This document shows, piece by piece, positions 25,253 through 43,700 of a stretch of 64,000 bases of DNA (positions within the stretch are counted from its first letter, which is position 1; every line of letters begins with the position of its first letter). Source of the DNA: Klebsormidium nitens. Its lineage: Eukaryota > Plantae > Klebsormidiophyceae. The position numbers and the translations under genes were made by a program. Location: assembly GCA_000708835.1 (NCBI GenBank), contig DF237208.1, positions 56,210 through 120,209 of the forward strand, in the 5' to 3' direction. A model generated the notes under the pieces. It saw only the letters and a program-made list of their open reading frames with translations, had not been told where the DNA came from and ran no database searches.

Positions 25253-28200
25253 ATGGCAATTGCCACAGATAACTACAGGGAAAGCATGTACTCGGCGCTC
25301 ACAGAGTACAGGCCTGGCAGCTTCTGCATAGGTGGTGTACTCAATGAACTCAAAGAGTTCATTGCTCCAGAATTGGTGGTGGAAGGGCTCGGTCCAGTCG
25401 AATTACCACTTGCCTCAGCTCAAGCAGAGACGCTAGCATCGTTATGTTCTTGGTGAGTGCCAGGAACTTAGGAAGCTCGCAAGAAAGTTGATTTGAGTTG
25501 AATTCCAGGGGACTTTTGCAAAGTTTGAAGGAAATCAATCTAGGCAGCTCGCTCGATCTTATTATTGCTCCATGATCATGCAAGTGCCATCAACGTACGA
25601 ATTCCCATTGCGACCTTCTGACATTTACTTGACCTGTGGAGTTTTCTATTGTGCGCAAGAACCTATCAGAAACAAATCCACAGATAATGCCTAGCCCCGG
25701 CCTATAAAGTTTTATGCCCTAACCAAAAGACAAATTCTGATCCAATGAAAGAGCATTGCAATGCTTAATGCCACACCAGACTATTTAGCAATCTGCAACA
25801 TTGAAGGGTTGCCAAGCACTTCCATACGGGATGAGCAGCTCAACAAGTTGCAGCGAGCATTTGGACTCACGGCCCACGGCCCAATGATTTAGTATAGATA
25901 CATGTTCCTGGCTGATGTGGCCCGGCTTTCTTTCTGCAGGCCATTACCTAATGCCATCAATGACAACATCACAGGCCCATGCTTACAATTGTCGCACGAC
26001 AAATTCAGACTGACAGACAATGGTTGGGACGAGTGCCTCCGATTTCTGGTGAACAACGAGGTAGTGCAAGGCTTTGGCATTCTGGACAACATCATTGTTG
26101 TGCCCCAGCTGGACAGACTGCTGTTGCTCCAACCTGGAGAGTCTGTACCGCCACACCGTGAAATTGACAAGGAGGTTTGGGGCATTCACCTGGGAACGCT
26201 GGTCATCAGTCTTCCATCCTCACACTCGGGAGGTAAGCAAGCAACCTGAGGATTATGATATTACAATTCTTGGGTGTTGAGGTCTTTGCCAGAACAATTA
26301 TGGTATGTGGGATGCATCCAAGTGGCCTTCTTAAATATATTGTGGATGCTGACGGTCATTTGCGCGAGTGGTAGGACTTACTGCTTACTTGTATGTTTGA
26401 GAAGAAGTCCAGGCGCAGTGCACTGGAAAGTGGCATGATCGGTGGGCCATTTTCAAGCCAAATGGGAGCACCTAAATGCATCTATGAGTATCAAGATTGA
26501 AAGTAAGTACACTGACAGCAGCAATCATCCATGCAGGAGAGCTGCTTGCGCGCCATGCCGGTCAGCAGAAGAGGTTTCCGTTTGTCCAAGAGGCCCCGTC
26601 ACGGGTCCACTATGCAGCTCATTATGCGGATTGCGAGCAAGAGTTCCTGCCGGTCCAGAAGGGCTATCAATTGGTCCTCCTGTACAATATCTCCTACCAG
26701 GTAATCTTGATTCCGATGTCTGTCTTTCCAAGCTGGCAGGGATTACAAAGTCGTTCGACCGTTCCATCTCCATCAGAAGATTGTGACTGAGCAAGGGAAT
26801 CATACAAAAACTCGTTAAGGGGAAGGCTGTGATAAGGAAGCAAAACCAGACCAGCAAGATATGGGGCGACTTTATTCAGTCATTGGGCCACAAGGGTCGC
26901 CGATTGAGCCTTGAGTTGCCTGAAGGCCAGACTTGTTTCGCTTTCTTAAAAACCTTTCTACACGTTACGACCCGCTGTCCGAAGATAGTCCGGTCAGTAC
27001 GTCGTCCTATCAAACTCGCTCTTTCTGCATCTTCGCAGGGTGTCCGGGAGACACTCAAGCCTCCAGACAACTCCATGTCAGTCGCAAAGATCAGAGAAGC
27101 AATCATGGCCTGGAGCCTGGATGCCAACGGTCCTCAAAAGATGGTGGTGCCATTAGAGGGGTGTTTCATCATGGGGAACCAGCTCACGTTCGATACGATC
27201 CGTGGCTCCGATCGGGCCATGGTGGAAGCTCTCATGCAGTCTGCCCAGGTGAGGGTCCTTGAAGAGGGCTTTGCAAAGTTGACATGCGCCTACACTAAGT
27301 GGACCATCTGATTTACCAACTTCTAACCCCTGCGAAGATGTACGAAGCCATGAAGCAGCTCGGCACATGAAATTTGTGTTTTGCACAAGAATCATACAAG
27401 AGCTCACTCTTTGTAGGCCCGCCATGGTCCTCAAACTACTGCTCGCCAAAAACTGTCTTCGAAGTTGCGAAAGTGCATGGTGATCATCTCCACTAAATTC
27501 ACCTTAAGGGCAGTCATCAAGTTCACAGAGTCCGCTTTGTGTCAAAGATACAAACAACAGACACAGTGAAACGGCTCTCCGCAGACTTCGGAGGGCCCTC
27601 TATTCCATGCATATCTCGCCACGCTAGCTCAGCGCGAGATTGCTCTCATCGACGAGGAAGACGATGACGTCATACTGGAACGCTCCGGGATGCTCAAGGA
27701 CCTGCTGGCACCGAAGGGTCAGACCGCGCCCTGCCGGAACATGAGCTTCAGAGAAGATGGTAAACCATTTCAACGCTTTTGCATATCTACAAATAAGTAT
27801 GGATTCCGAGCTTCTTAACGGAAGGCCTTCCTGCCTGAGTTGAGTTATGATCAGGTTGAAGAAACCTGCTGTGCTTTGGAGAAGTGTTGCTTGCTAAAAG
27901 TCTTTGGCGAGGGACTCTAATCGTCAACTCATTTGCGGGATGATCCTAACCGGTGCTCGGACTTGTCTCACCTTTCAAGGTCAAAGTTTTCCTTATGGTT
28001 CAGGTCCTTCGAAAGCGGTTTACCAGATAAGATTCTAACACGTGGCCATCCATGCGGTCCGCTTTGCTTCCCATTCGCTGGTGCACAATTCTTTTCTGAT
28101 ACCCTACACTCTAATGAAGCAGTGTTGACCTGCAGAAATTCTGTTGGAGATGCTTGACGATCCAGAGTTCTTCGACGAAAGAATACTTGTGGAGGCGACC

Positions 28201-29604
28201 GAGGACCAAGGCGAGACGGTCGAGCGCTGGGGTTCGAAAGCCGCGATTGTCGTGTGGCCGCTCACAAAGCGATGGGACATAGCCCTCGCTGAAAACGCGG
28301 ATAAAGCACTGCAGGGGAGCATTCTCTTTCTACTATTCTTAGCCAAAAAGCAGAGCTGCGGAATGGGCAACAAAGACCGCGTCCCGCATGTGTCTGTTCG
28401 AGCTTCTTGTACAGAGAGTTGCGTCACAACGAACCGCGTCACAACAACCAATACGTCACGCGTAATGGGTCCGCACATTGTTTGCAAACCTGCGAGACAT
28501 TCCTGTAAGCGGAAATCGGAGCTAATCAGCCTTGAAAATGAATTGGGAATTGAAGCGTGCGCATCAGATCCTTTGCTCAAACCGGAGGCCAAGAATCCTT
28601 TCAGCCACTATCTCATTTATTCTCCACAAGTCCTTTGAGTCTTCCTATCGCGCCCGCTCTTTTCTGTCTCGCGACCGGATCCTTAAGAACCTCATGACGG
28701 CGAGGACAATGGGCCATTATTCCCAATCTGCGCTCAACAGATATGTCGAGATATCAATGTGTCAAAGAGCTGCACAGACCTCTAATCTGTCAAAGTCTGC
28801 CTCGCAGGACGCGGCTACGCTCATGGAGACCGTCCAAGGCGTCCGCGATGCTCTCGAGGCTGCTTGCACATCTGATTGCCACCTGTCATCAGGACAAGCG
28901 ACGACAGTGCTCAACGCCGTGACGGAGCACGGCCGTCTGACGGACATGGAAGAGCTTCGGTGCGCCTTGAAAGCGGTTCAGCAGGCAGACTTTCAACGGC
29001 TATCTTCGGCACAACTCTCACGAATGGCCAAGATTGTGGAGGAAGATGCGAAGTCGCTGCGCCTTATGGAGGTGAGACGTTGCTAATATGGAGTCCGTGT
29101 AGGCTTCTGCGATCTCTATTCAACAACTTTGCATCGGAGTGGCGGAAGAAGGAAGCGTGGAAGTCTAGGTTTGTGTACGATATCCCAGGCGTTGCTTGCT
29201 CTGGTTGCTGCCGGTACGGCTTCTCAGTGAGCTTGCCACCTCCTTTCGGTGCTCTTTGTTGGACACAGGAAGAAACACAGAACGTGACTCTGGCCTTTCA
29301 AATGCTGAAGTCAATCAGTGCGTGATCGAATCGATCATATCGATCATGTGGAATGACAATATGTCACACAAGATGCGCCAAGGTTGTCAAAGTTCTGACG
29401 TTTATCAGCTTTCTCTTGCAGGAAAGGCCTGGCAACCCGGATATTGTCCCAGTGTGCACATTCTGCAAGAGCACCGCCGAGAAGAAGCAAGTAGAGAAGT
29501 TGCGAAGGTGTGGGGGCTGTCTGATACCGTTCTATTGCGGAGTCAAATGCCAAAAAGCGCACCGCAAGTTGCATAAGCCGTACTGCAAAGCAGTTGCCGG
29601 GTAA
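25253..29604 (+). CDS. 2OG-Fe(II) oxygenase-fold protein (probably catalytically degenerate) with C-terminal MYND zinc finger
   Basis: Exons 25253-25452 (PELVVEGLGPVELPL), 25940-26232 (LLLLQPGESVPPHREIDKE...GTLVISLPSSHSGG), 26537-26700 (YADCEQEFLPVQKGYQLVLLYNI), 27039-27248, 27585-27759, 28136-~28314 (ERWGSKAAIVVWP), ~28808-29071, 29422-29604 (CTFC...CGGCLIPFYCGVKCQKAHRKLHKPYC). The junction between exons 6 and 7 is uncertain. Confidence 0.8.
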
Positions 29605-30376
29605 ACAAACTATACCAACTAAGAAGGTGGCTACTTCATTGCAAAAAAGGGAATCTTGAACATCATGCGTGGCAGCAAACGATAACCGACAGGATATACT
29701 TCTCGTCCGTTCTGCTACACCTCTGGTGCATGACTGCATGGTTATTAGGAGGGATTGAGCTCGTCCACTACTGGCTATTGGAACAGGTTTGCGGTACAAC
29801 TTGCGGAGACGGCGGACGCGTCATCAGTGCTCTATTCAGATCGACATGAGCTCAAATAAAGCTTCTTCGGCAAGATCTACATGCTCAAATGTAGCTAGCT
29901 TCTTCGGCAGATCTCTTACCGTCTTTCATTGCACTACAAGTTGATACAGCTCTTCAGATGCATATGATGATCGAGGTTTGAGGAGCTTTTGCATAAGCTG
30001 CGTCGGAGCTTGCAGGAAGCTCTTCTGAAAGCTAACCGCTCGATGCGCTCATGATTAGGGTGGTGGCTCCAATACATTAACAGAGGGCTCGCGCAACCAA
30101 TCGCGGACGCGTCTCGCGCTGGTGGCATACATGACGGCCTCGTGGAGGTCTCTTTCGCTCAAAGGTCCATCGAACGGTCGAGAACGCTCGCTAGAAACCA
30201 CTCATGTGCCCGGCCTAATTTAACGAGCTGCTTGCAGCCCTCGACTTGCATTATGATTCTGAACAGACTCATCAATAGCATGCAGATCAGTTGAGCTGGC
30301 CGAATCAGGATCTTCTGTGCAACCAACACCTGAAAAAAGCTAGCTAAACGCTGGGGCGCACTTTTCCATCAGCAAA

Positions 30377-36733
<6,357 letters not shown>

Positions 36734-37662
36734 TCTGCTCACTAAAATGTATTCTTACAAAGAAAGGAGTTTCTCGCTACCAGCCCGGTTTGGAAAATGC
36801 TGAACAGGTAGACGACAGGAATGATCCCATGGGCCCATGACGCAGGCCCTGGCGTTTGCCTGTTTACAAAGCAGGCAGATACGATTTCGTTGTTCATAAA
36901 CTGATTGGCCCAGGTCCAGTGTGGCATGCGCATTGCGTGACCAATGTGAATGCAGATGTCAAAAGCAATCCTATAAGCATGTATGATATCAGCAATAATT
37001 ACAATTTCGCTGTATGAAGAATCTCTCGGTAAATCAGAGTTGATAAATCCAAGTGCCTCACTGGCACCCTGAAATTGCATATGTTATGGTGCAGTTTCTC
37101 GGTCAGTGCACATGCTTCACAGTATACCTCCTTAAGTACCGGCGCATCACTATGTCGGTTCTGATATATCCTGGCAGCTTAGCGCGAGCCATGGCATCCA
37201 TGTAATGTGCAGTGCCATAAGTATACGAGATGGCCGTTGAGGTGGTCATGTGCTACACAATGTAAGGATCAAATTTTGTCCACAGCTGCATGGCGCCACG
37301 CATTCCCAGGCCGCGGCCGCGCTTAATGGCATATATATCGCTCGGTCATATGTTCTCAGTTAGCCCATGGTGACTTCAGTGAAGCGATCAGTCAGTACAT
37401 GCATGGGACGACATGCGTGTTCAGCGATCAAGGGAATCTACAAGCCTCCAATTTTCCAATCATAGCTGGAACTACCTTCTATAAATGCCGCATCTGCATG
37501 CCTGCAAGCTCAAGCCCGGGTTAGACCACTTTTCAACCCTTATGTACACAAGCGAATGATGACGCTGGTCGTCAATTTGAAGCATACAAATTGCAAGGGG
37601 GCCTAACTTGGAAGCATCCAATCCTGATATGTACATGACATGCATTCCTTGAATGTTGGAAG

Positions 37663-38612
37663 CTACTCCTTTGGCGCCAGTGTCCTCAAGGTGAATCCAT
37701 GCCACTTCTCAACGTCCCCTGCTAAAGCGCTGTTGACCATTCTATGTTGTTGCAGAGTGTTCTTTCCTTGGAATGCATTCGACTCTACGACGATCTCGTA
37801 CATCGTTCCGCACCCACCTGCAAGGCATCCTGCTTCATTGAAAAGTGCGGAGATGAAAGCGATGGGAGAGCGATCGGCAAGAAAGAATCATTTCAGTCTG
37901 AATCTATCTTGCAGCAGTGCCTGGCTTGTTGGTGGTGCCTTGAACCTGGCTACATACGGCTGGAACGTAAGGACTTTGAGAGTGATAACCTGCAGTGATC
38001 AAACTGTACCACCGCATCTAGCAAAATGAGCGGGGTTGCGAGCATAAGCCTTGAGACATCTGGCAACTGTAACGTTAAACGCGTGCTCCGGAAGTGTCAA
38101 AGGATCACAGATCAAAGTTTGAACCACGAGACATCCAGCGCATGTTCAACTTGATTAGATCCTGATGAAAGTCACACAAAGTGGTGAGCATATCTTTGAG
38201 CACCAACACCAGACGGAACTTTACGCATCAAGCTGCGTTGAGCTTCCTGCAAATCACCTGAGGTGTCGGTGACTTTCACCCTTGTTGCGTCAAGCGCCGA
38301 CCTCAGCTTCTCCTCTAGTGCCGCCTCCACTTGTTGCACAGATCCACTCCCTTCCGACGCGCTCGCTGCAAAGCCCCTACAGCCAGCGAGCTTGTTTGGA
38401 AAGCTGGTGGCAGATGATGACTGACTTGTCCACCTCGTGGGTCCGCCGGCAGCTTGCTCTTCATGCGAGGCATACGACAACGCAGTCCTATGTCCATACA
38501 GAGACTGTGGAGCTGGATTTGAGAATTGCAGGGAAGAAAGGTGCCTGATAGCTCTACAACAAGGGTGCGACGCTCGACGCAGGCACTGGGCCGGTTGGCT
38601 GAAGAACTGCAT
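37663..38612 (-). CDS. BolA-family Fe-S cluster protein, BOLA3/Bol3-like, with N-terminal organellar targeting peptide (169 aa)
   Basis: Exons 38258-38612 and 37663-37817 join to ...VKVTDTSGGCGTMYEIVVESNAFQGKNTLQQHRMVNSALAGDVEKWHGFTLRTLAPKE*. Confidence 0.92.
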
Positions 38613-39484
38613 CCCTCCGGTTCAACCCAGCTTGCTTCCCAATGTTTGATTTGGAACTAATCTAATCTCTGAGCCACCACCTCACACCAAGCTCCAGGCA
38701 GCCAGACAGGGGATTCAAAGTAAGGTTTGGATGCACACCGCGCAATGCTGGAAACTTGGATACTTTTGTGAGTGAGTGAGAGAGAAGAGGTTTGCGCTTG
38801 TACTAGGTAGTCTACCTACGACGCAATGCAGCTAGAGCCAACTGAAGCTTGCATCAATCCGGCTATCGCACGGCTCTCAGTTGATCCATTCGGAATCTGA
38901 TACACTGTCGGTGTTCATGCACCGTCCGATGACAAGTCTTTCAACCGGACAGTGTTCAACAAACGTGCAGGCCACAGCACAGCCGCGCCGCCCGCGATCG
39001 CGATCAAATTGCGCGCCTTCCGAAAAGTTGGCGGCCCGATATCAGATCCGCTTCTAACGTGCTCCATCTATTCTTTGTTTCGTCCTGATCATGCATTGCT
39101 ACGATAATAGCTTCCCAACGCACCAGTCTGCAACGCGCGTGTGGACCGATGATGTTCGAGGGGTCGTTGCATGTTGTCCAGCAGGCCTTCGTGCGAATCA
39201 GATTCGCAAATGCAGGGATACGTGAAAGACTTCCGACAAATGAAGCAATAACAGACGAGGAAGACGCATTGCGAGATTGCGTGATTGATCCGAAGACGGA
39301 TTCGTCCAATTTTCCGTCCAGGTCTTCCCAATCCGGACGAGGCGCCGCGCGATTGCTGCAAAGATCTCCCAGTTGCGTGTCATTCATGCGAGAAAGTCCT
39401 ACACAGTGCAGCCAGTCAGATAAAGTCAATGCGATGCCATTCGCATGCAACAACAAGCTCGGCATCGTCTCTGGCGGATGTAGG

Positions 39485-39966
39485 TGTTAGAAGTATTTGC
39501 GCACTGCCACTCGGGCCACACTGGCGCCAGTGTGGCCCGAGTNNNNNNNNNNNNNNNNNNNNNNNNNNNNNNNNNNNNNNNNNNNNNNNNNNNNNNNNNN
39601 NNNNNNNNNNNNNNNNNNNNNNNNNNNNNNNNNNNNNNNNNNNNNNNNNNNNNNNNNNNNNNNNNNNNNNNNNNNNNNNNNNNNNNNNNNNNNNNNNNNN
39701 NNNNNNNNNNNNNNNNNNNNNNNNNNNNNNNNNNNNNNNNNNNNNNNNNNNNNNNNNNNNNNNNNNNNNNNNNNNNNNNNNNNNNNNNNNNNNNNNNNNN
39801 NNNNNNNNNNNNNNNNNNNNNNNNNNNNNNNNNNNNNNNNNNNNNNNNNNNNNNNNNNNNNNNNNNNNNNNNNNNNNNNNNNNNNNNNNNNNNNNNNNNN
39901 NNNNNNNNNNNNNNNNNNNACTGGCGCCAGTGTGGCCCGAGTGGCAGTGCGCAAATACTTCTAACA
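39485..39966. mobile_element. Inverted-repeat element with TG...CA ends and GTAGG target-site duplication, spanning gap 39543-39919
   Basis: Left arm TGTTAGAAGTATTTGCGCACTGCCACTCGGGCCACACTGG is the exact reverse complement of the right arm ending CTTCTAACA. GTAGG lies directly outside both ends (39480-39484 and 39967-39971). Confidence 0.75.
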
Positions 39967-40797
39967 GTAGGATCTTTTCAGGGTTGAGCACCGTCCCAAT
40001 TGACTGTCTTAAAATGTGTGCCCAGCATTTTCTGGGGAGCCACTAAGGACACCCAGCGCCTTCGCCAGCTTACCTCAGCATGTGTCAGCATATGCGTGTC
40101 CGCGTGCGTCAGCATATGCATGCGTCCATCAGTTCGGACATTACAAGGGACAAAATTGTCCAGCGTCTCTACTGAACGTAAGCCAAACTTGAGTCAGCAC
40201 GAAGCTCGTTGTTCTGCGCGTTTCCAGCTAGCGTCAGGAAGTAGCACTTCACTGCACAGAGGGTCTGACAAACCGAGACGGACGTAGGAGCGATGTGTGT
40301 GCAGAGGCGCTTAGACTGTTGTAGCAACGATTGCAGGGCGCGAGTTTGTCGCCACTTCGTGCTCTTATTGCTCTGAAAGACGAGCAAAGTTAGATCTGTA
40401 CTGGCTCCTTTTTTGCCCTTTTTCCAATCACTTTCTCTCAGCAGCCTCCTGAGGATCCTTCTCGATTAGCCCGCTTTGTTCCTCCCCATGAGTCGCTAGG
40501 TTTCGCGTTGACCGAGAATGTAAGCTTTCACTCCGTGGTCCTCAAAGCGATTAAAAAGACCTCTCCGTTAGACGGCTCAAAGAAGCACGAACATGATTTC
40601 GCATTGCAATTAGCGGGATAGCATTCGAAGGTGACTAGATTGGAGTTGGAGGATGCGAGAAGGGCCAAGGATCGTCTGTCAATGCAGAACCCTATTCTCA
40701 CCGAACTTTTTCCGCGGCCAATGCACCTAGAGCTGTTCAAATAGTCGCCCACAATCCCAAAAGATAAGATACTGTTAGGGGTGGCCTTCTCCCGAGC

Positions 40798-43700
40798 ATG
40801 GCGACTCATGAAGGCCCCCACTTCTTCGGGGCCACGTCAGCCTCACGTCAGGCGTCTGCCTCCAGCACAGACCCGTGCGCGCGCGATCCGGAGATCGGGA
40901 AAGCCCCCGAAATTGCGCAGGCGGAGCAGGGTTCGAAGGTGGGTGACGTCATCCTTGACAGGAGAAAACTGCTTTGTTGGGAGAAGGGTGGCGGGTACAC
41001 ATGCTTGGCTTGTTTGTCAAGCTCTCAGTAAGGCATGGTGAGCTGTAAGGAATAATGCTGCGCCACGGATAGTTTCCGAGAGCGTAAGGAGCATGTGATG
41101 TTTCAAGGTCTTTAGGTTCCGAATTGCTTCGAAGTAGCAGTAGGCGGCCGGCTCCCTTTGGGCATACGAGCATGCTCAACTCAGCTTTTGGCAAGGACCC
41201 AAGGACCCAAGAACCCAAACCCTCTAAAACAGACTTTTCGCTTCCCTTAGACCCTTGCCCCAAGCACTCGCTGCAACTGGCGGACCGACCTTCCGTGCCC
41301 GCTATGTAGGCCCGAGGAGGAAACACTAAAACCATAAAACCCAAAACCCTGCTAAGCCAGCTTTTCATTCCGCCCAGTACCCATTCCGGACCAGTTGCTT
41401 GAACTGGCCGACTCGCCTCCCCGCAGCATTGTGATTACTTTGTTCGATTGCTTCCCAAACAAATACATAGCTCCGTATCTGGATAGCTCCGTATCCGGAA
41501 AAAACAAGCAAGACCGTCACTCTTCTTTCAGTCCGGCCCCCCCGACCAGTCGCTTCAACTCGTCGATCCACCTCTCCGGAGCGTTGTGAGTACTCTGTTG
41601 ATAGAGTCTGTCTCCCAGTTGTCTCCCTGACAGATGGTTAGCTCCGTATCTGGAAATGACTGATCACTCATTTTCCAGAGAACTAATCACTCTTCTTCCA
41701 GAAAGGCCCTCCGGCCACTCGGTTCACCTGGCGCACCGACCTGCCGCAGACACTGTGGCGGCCCGCGGACATCCAAAACACGAGAACCCTCGAAATTCAA
41801 AATAGTAAAATCTTGCTCATTCCTTTTTCCGTTACCCAGACCCATCCACCGGCCACTCGTTTCAACTGGCGGACCGACCTCCCGCGCACCCTTGGACGCC
41901 CGAAGAGGAAATCCTAAGCTTTGCAAACGTAAACCTCTGCTCAACCAATCTTTCGTTCCGTTAGACGCGCCATCCGGCCACTCGCTTCAACTGGCGCACC
42001 GACTTCCCGCACACGCTGTGGCGGCCCGAGGAAATCCGCTCGGAGGAGTTCTACCGGGACATCTTCGTGGAGTATCTGGGGACCCTGCTGTTTATCTTTT
42101 TCGCGCTCGGGGCGGTGGTCTTCACCGACTTCAAGTTCTCGGGCGCCGTCGGGAAGCTAGGCATCTCGTTCGCATTTGGGCTGTCGTAAGAGTCCCTTCG
42201 TGAAAGCGAGACTTTTGTTTTTGCACTTCGCCCAGCTTCTTCGCACTGTTTTTGTCTTACGAGGGAGCTGCGAGCCATAAAATAAATCTGTTCAAGATCG
42301 GAATTGAGGCGCCCTGAGACCTGTTTCAACTTCTACTGGAAGCTGGGCATCTCGTTCGCATTTGGGCTGACGTAAGAGGGTGTTTCTTGAATTCTGTTTC
42401 TTTTGCAAGTTGTTTCTTTGCGCTGCTACTGTATACAAGGGGAACGCAAGCAACAAGTTGAGATGCAATCATCGGGTGCCGTCGGGAAGCTCGGCATCTC
42501 GTTTGCGTTTGGGCTGACGTAAGACGATGTTTCCTGGGAAAAAGACTTTTTTTTTCCCTTTTGCACGTCGTCTCTTTGCACTGTTCCTGCCTTTCCAGGA
42601 ATACAAGCAACAATAAAAGGATGTAAGGTTGATTGGGCGCAGTCGAGAAGCTGGGCATCTCGTTTGCATTTGGGCTGACGTAAGACTTTCTTCGTGAAAG
42701 CGAGACTACTACTTCGCACGTTGCTTCTTTGACGTTCCTATCCTACGAGGAACACGCAAGCGTACTGTGAAATAGTATTCGTTCAAAGTTCGCGCGTCCT
42801 GAACGGGCGCGTTGGGACAGCTGGGGAATGCGTTCGCGTTCGGATATTACTTAAGAGGACGTCCCCTGAGAAGGAGCTTTTGTTTCTCTTGCGCATTGTT
42901 GCTGCGTCGTCCTTCTTCTTCAGTGAGAGAAAAACAAGCAGCGTAGTTCATGCGCCTTCAGAGCTGTTTCGGATGCAATCTCGGGCACCTAAGGGTTAGC
43001 GCTGTAGAGGTTTGGTGGAGAAACTTCAACAGTTCTAGGCATCAAGATCTTTAAAGCTCCATGTCTGATGGAATGAGAAACCCTCTAAAGTTGAATTCAG
43101 TTCGCATTTGGTTAGACACAGACCTTCGTATATCCACAAATGCAGATTACGTGATGCAAACGTTTCGGCAAAAAACCGAAACTTCTACATCTAATTCGAG
43201 CCAAGATCTAGCATAGTTAATCTTGTTGCCACGTTCTGGTCCAAAACGGCCAGGTTCTTTAGCCTGTGACGTTGGAAGATATCCGAATGTCCCCTCACGT
43301 TGTACTAACTGCGATCCACGCTCCCTGTTTTTCCATTTGTGTCCTGGAAAAGAAAGGCAGATCAGATGTCAAGCTCTGACGCGTTCGAGTCCTTGTATCC
43401 GGAGGCCCAAAGCCGTTGAAATCGCGGGGCCTGTTTCTGATCCGTCAACTCCGCAGCAGCTTAGCGGTTGAAGTTCGAGCGCTTTCATTTCCGACGAGCA
43501 CGGCAAATGGGTGATATGCGTCTCTGACTCGGAGCGAAAGCTGGAACATGGAAACGTCGGAATTCTAAAATCCTCAAAACCCTAGAAAACCAGGATCCGA
43601 AATCTCTGAACCCTTGAAACCCTGCAGGATCTTTGCGATCGTATACTCGAGCGCGGGGATCTCGGGCGGGCACATCAACCCGGCCGTCACGTTCGCCGGC

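Noticed and set aside
29845-29915. Short direct repeat (gctcaaat...gcttcttcggca.gatct, twice) after the MYND gene
   Set aside because: An ordinary duplication of about 40 bp in 3'/intergenic DNA with no further structure.
39285-40046. ORFs crossing the second N gap
   Set aside because: They are artefacts of Ns and of the palindromic flanks; there is no protein motif.
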